Assembly (NCBI GenBank): GCA_977030845.1
Contig: OZ365118.1
Location: 10,230,001 to 10,294,000 of the forward strand
Reading direction: 5' to 3'
Length of the DNA stretch: 64,000 nucleotides
Source of the DNA: Fimbriosthenelais zetlandica
Taxonomy: Eukaryota
Shown here: one piece after another, positions 26,501-38,500 of the stretch
How positions within the stretch are numbered: the first letter of the stretch is position 1
How the letters are laid out: each line of letters starts with the position of its first letter
Program-made: the position numbers and the translations under genes
The notes under the pieces: generated by a model
The model's input: the letters and a program-made list of their open reading frames with translations, nothing else
What the model was told of the DNA's origin: nothing
Database searches by the model: none

Positions 26501-29500
26501 TCCAGCCCCAAGCTCCCCACATCACCGCCCCCCCCCCCCACCCCCGGGACGTCGATAACTTTCGAGAGTGCCCGCCCCCCCCCCCCCCCCTACCACCTAC
26601 ACACACCCCTCACCTCTCCCGGCTACCTCACCCCACACAGGCCACACACAAGCCACACACCACCACTTTCATACATACACCCACAAACATAACACAACAA
26701 AAACTAACAAACCTTGGCCGTGCTTAGCTTTGTTTAACTTTAACTTTGTTTAACTGTGTATTGATTGTTTTAATTCTTAAATCAATGTTCATTGTGTTCT
26801 AAGACATTCCATGTGTCTAGACCTTTATTATCTATCCTTTATGTCTCACAAATCTACCTATTTGCACCCTTTTACAATTAGATTAGCACTGCACCACACA
26901 GCACTAGGCTGAAAATCACGACCGGTAGTTTTAATGTCTGCTACGTGAGCCTATTCACTTCGCTGTATAAATATTCTGAATAAAAAAAAAACAAAAAAAA
27001 AACCAAAAAAAACTGTTGCGGTAGAATATCCAGTGGAGCAACCCAGTAGCACTGAGGGAAGAGGGGGGTGGCAATGTACTGCGCTTTTGCGAAGCCCTTA
27101 TAAAAGCCCTGGCGTCTTGATAAGAGCATTAGTTTAGAGGAGGCCGCATTATAAGTGGCCTAGATGAGGGAGCAGTGATGAAGTTTAATGAGGTTTACTG
27201 GGATTAGATCCACCACACCTGTGATCAGGCTCTAAGCTCCTACTGCTACCAAAAACTAATTACATTATTGAAACATGGCTGGCTACCCTACTGTAGGTTG
27301 TACTCGTTCTGCAAGTAAACACCGAGGTGCTGTTTCAAATATACTATTATGCACTTGCGAAAGATTTATTGGACAGTAGGAACTTTGTCCATAATAAATG
27401 GGACTGGTTACAAATTGGAATAATCAATGCTGTCTCTCAAGGGGTAAATTAAATGAATAGGCCATTATGTCTTATAGACACTTGTCTCCAAGTTTCTGAC
27501 CAAATAACATTTTTTAAAGAGTCAATCTCTAGAACTATATTATGTCAAGTAGGTTTCATATTGATGTTAATGTCATGGAGATTACCTATTTTGACCGAAA
27601 TTTTAAACTTGAAGTTTGGGACCAAACAATCGAAAAGAAAATGAAAGGAATTAACAGGCACAAATATCCCAGCAATTCCCTAGGTGTCTGAACAATCTCT
27701 GGTTTGACTTACTCTACCATAATGATGCACCCCTGCATCAATGCATTGATACCTTAGATGGCAGGTACCTCCCGCATTGCTCTATGAATGGTACAGCGAT
27801 GGTAATCAATATGTCAGGCCTTGCTTACATACGGAACTGCAGCACATGTGCTGCCCTCTCTATGATTTTCAAAAATCTACCAATTAGTCATAAGCCATGA
27901 GGTTGAGGCAGGGATGTTGAAGGTTCTATCAATATACACTTGGGGTAGCCACAGCATTGTCATGCTGCTATTAATTGTAATGATCCCACAGTGACTTGCT
28001 TATGTGGAATGAATAATTGCCAGCTTTTCAATCATAATCACTTTTAGTACACCCCAGCCCACACCATACCCATTCAACAATGTTGAATTTACTTTCCAAG
28101 ACCTTATAAGTCAGGTCGATACACAGCATCTTCTGTCCTTCTAATCTACACCCTGGCTAGAAGATTAAAAAAAATAGGGAAAAATCTTCCTTTTCCAGGA
28201 ACTTCTGCCTCAGACATCAATTAATCGGTGAAAACAAATGCATACAAAATGACTGGTAGAAGTCATGTGAGGATGGCTTTCAATTGTTTATGAATGGATC
28301 AGTATGATGGCCTATTGTGACTGGGAATAAAGCAGGGGAAAATAGAGGCTGTCTTGAATATAATTCAGTCCTTGTCCAGACAAGACAAATTGCATTAGGC
28401 TTCGCCAAGGCAATCATGTATACACAAGTGTTTTCTCAAGCACAGGGCTCTCCGCTTTTCCTTTTACTTTGCGGATAACGTGCGCAATATGGGCTGCTAT
28501 TGTGGCCATAGTAGCATGAAAGCAATTCAAGTGTATTGACAAGAATGAGTGATGGGCACTTGACTATTTGTTATATTATGGTGGCTTAGTTTCTTTTTAC
28601 ATTAGTTTAACCAGTTTCATAATGTGTTCAGGGTATTGAAACATTTGGCAGTGTTTTTGAAACAGACTCCAGGTTGATATTGGAAAGGCATGTGCCTGTT
28701 TCAGAAAAAGGTTTTGCGACATTCATTGTCAATGTCATTGCAAATTTATTTTACCTTTTGAGACTCCCGGTTGATGTGGGAAGAAAGGATTTCGTACATT
28801 GATAGGTTCTGGATCCTGTTTCATAAAGTTTTGCTATGGGTTAATGCAGCGTATTAGAAAGTCTGAGTGCACGCATGCGTGGGATTAGGGAACACAAACC
28901 ATTGAAAAACATGATACGTACAAACGATCTTCTGATGATGCACTTCAAAATGCTTGAGGCAGCGTGTAATGTGAACAGGCTTCTACCTGGCCTTACACAG
29001 CACGAGTATATATACGTTTATTGCCAACCATAATATCTGAACTGATGGTTCGTGCACCATTTGGTTCATTTAGCGTGAACCTGACGACCCATACACTGTT
29101 AGAAATCCTATTAAAACTAAGTGACCGCCATTAAAAAACACGCAATGTCACGTAGAATTCACATACCTAATTTAGCCAAGTGAAATTCTATTGTTCTCGG
29201 GGCGCATCGCTTAGCCCAATTTCGGCCATTTAAAATTACACTTATGTCAATTGACATTCAATGGCATTTCAATGGCATTTCCTTGAATACTTGGCCTTCA
29301 ATTAATTCAAACAAACATAAGGCTATGAATGCTACCCTACCTCATTAGCATAAGCCCCCCCCCTCCCGCCACCCACCCGCCCGCCTCACCCCGCATAGGA
29401 GATTACAGCTAGTGTGGGTTGAGTCCCACAAGCCAAGTTCTAGATGTGAAAAGCATAGTCAATTACATTGATTCACACTTTGGGGTGCGTGAATGATGTG

Positions 29501-32500
29501 TGAAATATATATTAACAGAACATGACTATAGAATCGGGGATATAGCTAGGTGTGGGGCGAAATATGGGTCGCCCCTAATGTGCGAATTTGGGGTTAAGCT
29601 TTAATACAAGTTATTAGGTTATCACAGCCAATATGGAAATAATTTTGGGTAGTAATTATTTTACTGTCCATGAAATTTGGTATAACCTGTGAAATACATG
29701 TATAGAATCATTTATTCCTTGAATTAAATCAAAAGTTATAGTTACAATAATGATACATGGGAAACCGACATTATGATATGTACAGCAATATACACATTAT
29801 AAGATGGCGATGATGATAATAACAGTACAAAAAAATAAAAGTAACGTAGTACAGGAAATTTACCAATTAAAACAGAAATAGGTATTATTTTTGTTCCGCC
29901 AGACGTGTGTATTCGGCTCATATACATGCCACCTGACACAAAGGTGACAAAAGCATGTATTCAGCTGAAGTGAAACCTATGGGTGTGATAATCTCGATCG
30001 TACGTGGCTGGCTTCTGTCGCACAAATTCAGCCATTAAGGTTTTGGCCCCCCGGCATTACTAATTGGCAGTCTTTTGTTTTGCTACAAGCGCCATAGACT
30101 CACAAGGAAAAGGGTTATTTTAATGTCAACATAAAAGTTCACAAACTTTGGAAAACAAACAAATTTTCCTCTTTGCAAATGTGAAAAGGGGTACATGTAT
30201 GATTAAAAACAGAAAGGAAACAAGCCCTAGCTAGTACCATCTTTGATTCCGAGTGCCCCCGGACATGCAGTTACATGCTGCTCCAGGTATATTTTCAAGC
30301 CCGCAGTTAAAACATAATGACAGAATAGGACTATACAAAGAGGGGACGCGTGTTTGGAAGATGGTGGGTGTGTGTGGGGGGTGGGGGGTTACTCATCGGC
30401 AGTCTTTTGTTTTAAGTGCCAGTCCGGAGTCTCAAGGAACACCAAAGGCCACTACATTTTGAAAAAAATGGTTCTGTTCTGTTCTGTTCCTCTTTGTAAA
30501 TGTAAAAAGGGGTACATGAATGATTAAAAACAGATAGAAAACAAGCCCTACTACCTAGTACTATATTTGATTCCGAGTCCGAGTGCCCCCCCCCCTCCCC
30601 GGACAAGCTGCTGAAGGATTAATATTTCAATCCCGCAGTTAATATCATTATTCCCTGAATGGTCAACATAATTTAGCCTACTATTAAAGTTTTGTTCATA
30701 CATTTACATGGGAATTTCAGCGAGATATTTACACATAAAGTGGAATGGTCTTTGGATTAATTTATCTGCTTCAATCAGACAAAAACGTGATGGTAGAATA
30801 GATTTTAATTATTTAATGCGGGATTGAGACCTGTCTAGCCGGAGGAAACCCAGAAGCAGAGTCGCCATTATCAACGGACACTTTTGCGGCAATATTAATG
30901 TAAGTATAGCATTATAGCATTACGGAATATCTATATACATGCTCATGAATTACATGTGAATCCCTATGCATGGTTTTAGATAATGCATGACCTTGAATTG
31001 AATTACCAGCTAGAGAGGGACAGGAAAACATGCGAGATCGTTGTTTGAGTGATAGGGGAAGGGGTGGGGGGAAGCATGTCGGGGTCAGTCCCAGGAATAC
31101 CGGCCTCTATGAGGGGAATGTTAAGGGGATATCTATCCATGTAGGGGGGGGGGACCCAAGCAGTACAACTTGACAATTCTTTGTGTGGAAAAAGATGGCA
31201 TACATGCATCTTTATCATGTGATTATGTTTTAAAACTATCAGAGTATAATATCCGGTATTGTTTTATTAATAGGCAATGAACAGGAGGGACCCAGGGAAC
31301 CTATGACATAGGCCATGTGTGTGATGGAGGCACAGGAGTTTGAGTAAGTTTCTCTTTGTAATTCTGTGGAATTTCTTACATTTAATAATGTTCACATTAT
31401 TTTGAGGTCATATGAAAGGTACTTTTGAAGTATGTAAAAAGGTGTTAATAAGTATTGGTGAATAATTAGGTCACGCTACCACCTGTTACCCCCTTCCCTG
31501 CCATGCATTTTGGAGGTGAAGCTTTCCCTGTGAGTGTGAAGTGTGAGGGAAAATGCTTACTGTTAAAATATATTGAGATATAATTTTATTGTCCGGTATA
31601 AGACATCCATAGTCCATTTTTGTAAAAATATTATGAATATATATGACGGCAATTCGTAAGGCGACTTTTCAGACAATTTACTTATACTTTTGTTCTTATT
31701 TCTATTATTTTTAATTCAGATTAACGGTACACGTGTATGTTTCGATGGTATCCAAAGTTTGATATCAATTCAATGGGCATCACTCATCCAGAAGGCACTG
31801 ACACACATTACAGCGGTTACAGGTTAGTATTATATTTACTAATGATTCATTGACCAACAATATCAGTTATTATTCCCAAAGTTCTGAACCTTTTTGTTAA
31901 GATTAATATATTGTGCTATAACACCTCGTTTATTCTCTTTACAGAGTACCCATGTAAAGGAAACAATTCACCCAACATAAATCATCTGAAATGAGGCTGA
32001 CCAAACTGGAATGCATCTGAAGTCGCCATGTAACACATGCTATGAGAATACTTAACCGTATGTATGGATATGTAAATGGGTAAAATTCGACGCGATTGGC
32101 ACCACAACACAACCTTAAAATCGAGACATTATTGTGACATGAGGACACGAGACACGGATCTGTTTAAAAAGAGACACGATATGCACAATTTCAATGGAAT
32201 ATTGGAATGTAATTGTATATAAATTATGTGAACAAATGACATTCAACACAACGGCACTGTCTAAAAAGTGCTGATTTTACGCGGTTAATTCATTTCAAGG
32301 AAAATGATGCAGGGTAATGGAATAATTTCTCATCATGAGACCTTCTGACACAGGCTTAACAATGAGAACCGATTATATCCCTCTATGTCTGAATTGAAGC
32401 CATCTAATCACATCTAAAAGTTAAATTACTGTATATTTATATTTCAGTGGTAATAATATTTTAGTGTGACGATGGAACTTTTGTTTTTTTGTATTAAGTG

Positions 32501-35500
32501 CTTCAAATCTCGGTAAAATTGAGACATCTGTATGTGCTATTCACCCATGTTTGAATGTACGATTACTTCGCTCTCTCGATCAGGCAATCAATTATTGTAT
32601 ATTTTGAGGTATTCACCTTCCATGTTAATTATGTTTATTTACCATTTTATGGTAATACTTTACTTATTTTATATTTAGATAAAATAATACCTGTGAGGTA
32701 TTTAATATTTTCTTGTGACGAATGTTTCAGAATCTTGGGTGCACCTGTGTACATTTACTATTCATGCTAATGATTTTTATTAAACCATTCTGTGATAATG
32801 CTTACATTTTCTTTATATATTTAGATTTGTGAGATATTTATTATTGTGTGTCGATGAAAGTATCAACATTTTGGTACAATTGTGTCCATTTGTCATCCAT
32901 GTCTATTTTGATTAGGCTCGTTAGCATTATGTGATAACGCTTTAATTATTCCATACATAGATTCCATTGTTATTTTTTGATGAATTATTTGGATTATTAT
33001 GATGACTTTGCATTGTGATAATGCATTAGATTTTGTATATATATTCGAGGGATTATCGAATAAAATTTGTACATAATATTTCATATATGCGTTTATTTAA
33101 TTCTATAATTAGTGGTAAATTATTTGCAACCATATTTAACCAAAAAATTAATAATATAAATATTTCAAACCTAAATGGCCCAGGCCCACCTAATCCTATA
33201 ATTGGTACCGCCATTTATAATTTAATTGGTATAGCCAAGTGAAAAGAGGCTCTCCCTAATCCTATAATTGGTTTGGCCATTTAAGATTTAATTGGTGTCG
33301 CCAATTAAAAACACATGACATAGGTACTTGGCATTAGCATAGCCTTGCCTCAAAAATAAATGGCGGCCATTTATGTTAATTGGCAGAGGTAAAACGGACA
33401 TCGGTAAATGGCTCATAAAAAGCTGTGGTTGCGCCAAGTGAAATCACCTGACATTGATGTAGTTCATTCTAACAGTGTAAGCTACTCCCCATATACTGGA
33501 GAACAGATAAACCCTGGAGTAACCTCAACCCTGGCCACCCCAAAGATCAAGGGACCTGAAAGGCTATACTAGCTAGAGATTGAAGACCCACTAAAAAGAC
33601 CCGGGAATGCAATAGTTCAACCACAAAGTACCCCCTTCAGAGAACTCCGCAAATGGACACATATCTAGATGGTTTGAAACCTGTTATTTGACAGTACTGA
33701 AAGCCCTTGTATGCTCCACCGAAATGTTTCCACTGATTCTAGCTTTGCAAACAGAACTGTTTTTCCTCTTAAAACCGTTACTTTGGTTCGTGTTTCCAAT
33801 GGGCAATCCTCCTAGCCATCCATCACTCCTAACAAAGAACATCATTTTCCTGTTCAATTTATGAGTCTGGGGATGTTTGTTGGTGAGGAAGGGAGAATAG
33901 GAAAGTAGGTTAAGATCTCTTGAAGCTTCCTCTTGTGCCATTCGTACTTGATAACCTCTTTCATCTCCTACTTTCCAATCAAGTAGGAATTTTCAATCAA
34001 GTAGGAGAGAAGGTTCTTTTGTCCGTGAAGTGGGACTATGTGTTGTCACTATCTTCAGTGCACCTTATTTATGTATGTCCCCACTTCACAACCCCTTTAT
34101 GACATACCTGTGCTCCTTGGCCATTTAATTACTTTAAGTGCAACCTTAATTATCTAACAAGTGCATTCTAGAAGCCTTTTCCGAGTGGAAAATATTGTCA
34201 AAGCCACTGAAGGTACGTCTTGACCGTATACAAATGTTATCTGATTCACTTGAACGAAGAGTTCCCTAAAGAGATTGGATTCAGTAGAAAGTTTCCAACT
34301 CTTCGATTTTAAACCTAAAACCAATTAGATTATCCGTCCATTGCAATGAATTTTCACAGCACTTGTGTATTTCTTTGTTAAACCCAACTTTATGAAACCC
34401 AAGTTAAATGGGACACAATCTTCTCAGAGATGCGGTGGTTCTATAGTGCGTTGGGCTGATTAGATTCAACATGTTAATTCCTGCATCCATCACAATAATC
34501 CAATCAGATGAGGCATGCATCTCACCCGCTTTAAATCATCCCAACAAAGGGGTACAAAGCAGGGGTACAAAGCTGAGGTTCAGTACGCCCAGGCACTTAC
34601 AGCCAAAGTGGGTGTCCATCCACATTGTTCCCCATTTCCAGGGTAAATGGACCATGTCTTGTATTAGTATAGAGTGAGGTATAGCCAGTTGGCGAATGTA
34701 TATGTATCTTATTTCTCTTTGTACATTATTTCTGCTTGAAATTGTCATTTTAAAAGAAAAAATAATGGGAAATCTATTGAAAAGGATTCCATTTAAAGGA
34801 CTAGACATCAACCCCACCCAACCTATATTTGGTCTTGAGTGCCCCCGATCGACCTATTCAGGCTTGATCAGCTCTTGAGCAGATAAGTCCATTCACCTGC
34901 TCGTGTGGCCTCACTATATTAGATGATCTCTCTTACCCTTACAGATCATATCACATTGTGAGGGATCCAGCATTCTGGAGATCATACATGATCTTATACT
35001 TCATTCACAATACCCCCCCCCCCAGGTCACCTATCTCCCTCAGCCCCTTGATCTTCCCCTAATGGAATTTTCCCATATTCTTGATAAACCCTAATGTTCC
35101 CTCCACTGACCGAGTTAGGAATGGACCATCAATTCATTCTTACATGCAGCAGTCCATGTTTTTAATGATAAAGAACCCCTGCCAACCCCAACATCCATAT
35201 CCACCAAACCGACTCCCACAACACAACCTTTAGCATTAAATCTGGTTTGGGGAGGTATTAACAACAGAAAGAATAAGGTTTTCCTAAGATAAGGGATTTG
35301 GGATGAGGGAGGAGGTGGATGGAGGCCTGGGGCTGGCTCCTGATTAGATTTACAATGATAATCAGGTAAAAGCTACATGGAAATCAAGCGGAGAGTCGTG
35401 CAGTATCCCCGGTATCCACCCCGCCCCAGGCTTTAGTCCTGAGCGGCATGCACAGACAATGTAAAGACGAGTATTTGTTATGTAAGGAAATCATGATGGA

Positions 35501-38500
35501 ACATGAAGGAAGTCATCAGAAGGCTTCACCTCCCACCCTGTCACATCGTGGTTCCGCAGGTTATTTCTTTGTCAAATATGTAGAAAATGTTGACTTTTAT
35601 TGACATTGAAATTTGCCTGGACCTCATTAACGGGGTTGGAAAAATGGGAACCCTAGACCTTCTCTCATGTAGAAAAGATTGATGCTTTGAATGGTAAAAC
35701 TGATGGTGAATGCTCGGGAATTGAACTAGGGAGCTCAATCATGTGCATTCAAGTTGACCAGTCTACCACCTCTGCCACGACCCATCCCCTTTCCACTGAA
35801 GTACCATGATATATCCCACTGAGAATCGTTTCATAAATTATAACATGGGAATCGATTATGAAATGTACCCCTGCTTTGTATGCCAATAGGTTCATCCATA
35901 CATGGAGAAATCAATATAACCAGGTGATTCTAACTACAGTAAACTCTCACTTAGCTGCCCGTTTTTTCTGCCCGGCCCGCGGACCAAGTTCTGGTATTTC
36001 AGGTGGAGGGTGTTCACTACAGAGAATGGCAATAGGCCAACTATATTACTAGTTTAACAGTCAGTGCCCGCCTGGCCCAATCTTGTGTTTTGTTGGGTGA
36101 AAATTGCTACTGTTATAGAAAGGTGTCCATACTATGCAGTACTGCTGGTGATCAGAGACCGTGACGAGTGAGGTATTGTTGTTCACCTCCTCAGGTCAGT
36201 ATGGATCTGATTCTAAAGAAGAAAGTCTTGTTCTCAAGATACTCTCTTGACACAAGGTTGGCCGGTTATTACTTTTTGCAGTAGTGCTGAACTATAGTGC
36301 CGTTTGGAGTGTGAGCCCAAATAGAGGTTTAGGCACCCGTCTGGTAAGCTGGCAACACTGGTTCAATTCCTGATTGGGCTAGTGCCTTTTCACTGGGCCC
36401 TGGGTCATTAGATATGTTTTCTCCAAAATAATACCAACTCGAAAACCAATTTTTCTAATTAGAAAACATTTCCCTTTTTTTGTTTTTTTTTTGGAAAAGT
36501 TCTTATAATATAGACATATAGACATCATCATTTTATTATTACTTGCTTATTTTTTCCATAAGTTTTCAAAGGTTTTCCAAAACGTTTCACTGATCTAAAT
36601 AGCGAATCTTGTGATTTAGACTGTAGGCATGGAGTAATCTTTTTCCCAGAATTATCTCTTGTCCATCCATGTCAAGATTATTTATCAAGATTTGAAAAGA
36701 TCGACGGCTATTGAGGAGTTATTTCAACAAATAACCAGGTAGCACTGAGAAGTCTTTTTGTCTATGAGGAATGTGTTGTCCTACCTGCATTGTGGTCTTT
36801 AAATACAGTGTAATTATAGCAGTTGTACTAGTAACTAAAATTAAAAATCATACACAAACAGGTTTTGCTTCGATCAATTCAAATTCGGAAGACACTAGGT
36901 TTTACTTCATTTTTTCGGAATATAGACTAAAACGTTGCGATAACCAATGTGATCCTAGTTGGTCTAGAGGTAGAATACTCGCTTGGCATTCTGCGTCTGG
37001 CAACTTGATTTTCACTGCGCTTTGGATGATATATTTTTATTACTTTAACATTTTGAAAACCCTATGGATATTAGTGTACCACATTGTTAATAGCAAGTGC
37101 ATACTAATGATTTTCACATAGTATTTCTGAGACATCCCATTTTCCTTAATTTTGAAAGTGACATATTTGTATACCTTTTCCATAACTTTCTCGAATCATC
37201 TTGTTTTTCTCATATTGTCATAGGCCGTGGGAATCATCATTACAGGATGCAATCCGGCCCCTCTAGTCCCGTAATGAATACGGTGTTACTGAATTCTCTT
37301 TAACTCTAATATGAATGTGCTGGCCTGCTAAAACGTAAACATGATTGTAATAATAGCAGCTGTACCACGACCTAAATTTGAAGTTGTTCACGGAAAGGTT
37401 TGTCTTACTTGGAGCAAGACACTCAATTCCATTCCTCGTACATCAAAGAATAAGGCCATGAAAAATAGTCTGAAGTCAATATGAACACCAAAAATAAAGT
37501 GCAACTTTCAAAGCAAACAATCTGGGCTGGGACAAGTTGACTGGCAAGTGATAAACATGTTATTTTTCGTGGCCTATTGCCATTCTCTCTTGTGACCAAC
37601 CTCCCCGTGGACTTTTTGGACATAGCCATTTTTCCAGCCCGAAAAAACGGGCAGCTAAGTGAGAGTTTACTGTAGTTCTGACAGAAAGTCCTACCTCCCG
37701 CAGGCCAGACATGCCTTGTTATCTTGAATACATCATTATATTCCTTAGATAAATACTCGACATGGTAGCACAGTATGGAGAGAATGATAATGAGAGGCTA
37801 TCACGGCATGAGAACCAACCCTCCCACTTATCAACTATATATTAAAGGGATAAATGGGAGTTCAATAAAAAATTGAAAGAATCGCAGTATGTCCAACAGA
37901 GACGGATATCTGTAGGTTGAATGTACGAGCAAATGCAAATTGCATGGTCATCATATTGGTTTTGATCCCAGAGGCAGATTGACACCCCAATTAATCCCAT
38001 TTCCCCTTTATGGGGAAAATGGGGTTGTAGATTTTGTGCTCGTTGTTCTACACTATTATTTTTTTTTTTTTTTTTATTATTGTTGTAGTTAGACAAGTGA
38101 TGAAAAACAGGTTTATATTAGAGCTAGGAATCTGGTTTTCACGCATATTGTAGACCATAGTAAGAAATGGCCACATGTGATGAATGGATGTCGTACGTCA
38201 TCAAATGACGTCGTCACATGACGTCACAAAACCAGCCAAATGTGTGAAATTTGATTGTAATTTTTCTGGACCTATGAGGACCTACAATAAGATGAATGGT
38301 ATGTAGTGTATAGATACATGATGGATTATATGTTGACCTACATATTTGACCTTTGACCTAATAAGTTACCTGGAATTAGGTCAGGGGGATGAAATCACTT
38401 AAAATCAATCTCCTCCCTGGTTGTTATTGTGAGAAAATAAGCACTTAGTACATGAGTTACCCTTGGGTGTTATTTATAAGGTGGTCATTTTTTTTTTGTT

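Larger units (their letters stand above)
35937..37672. mobile_element. Non-autonomous Tc1/mariner (pogo/Tigger-like) DNA transposon, ~1.74 kb
   Basis: Perfect 32-bp TIR CAGTAAACTCTCACTTAGCTGCCCGTTTTTTC at 35937-35968 and 37641-37672. TA on both sides (35935-36, 37673-74). Imperfect subterminal IR continues ~130 bp (GAGAATGGCAATAGGCCA in both arms). No transposase ORF inside. Confidence 0.85.

Noticed and set aside
36314-36381. Functional tRNA-Thr(GGT) gene
   Set aside because: D arm/A box defective, stems mismatched, GGT anticodon unusual in eukaryotes; kept as a pseudogene only.
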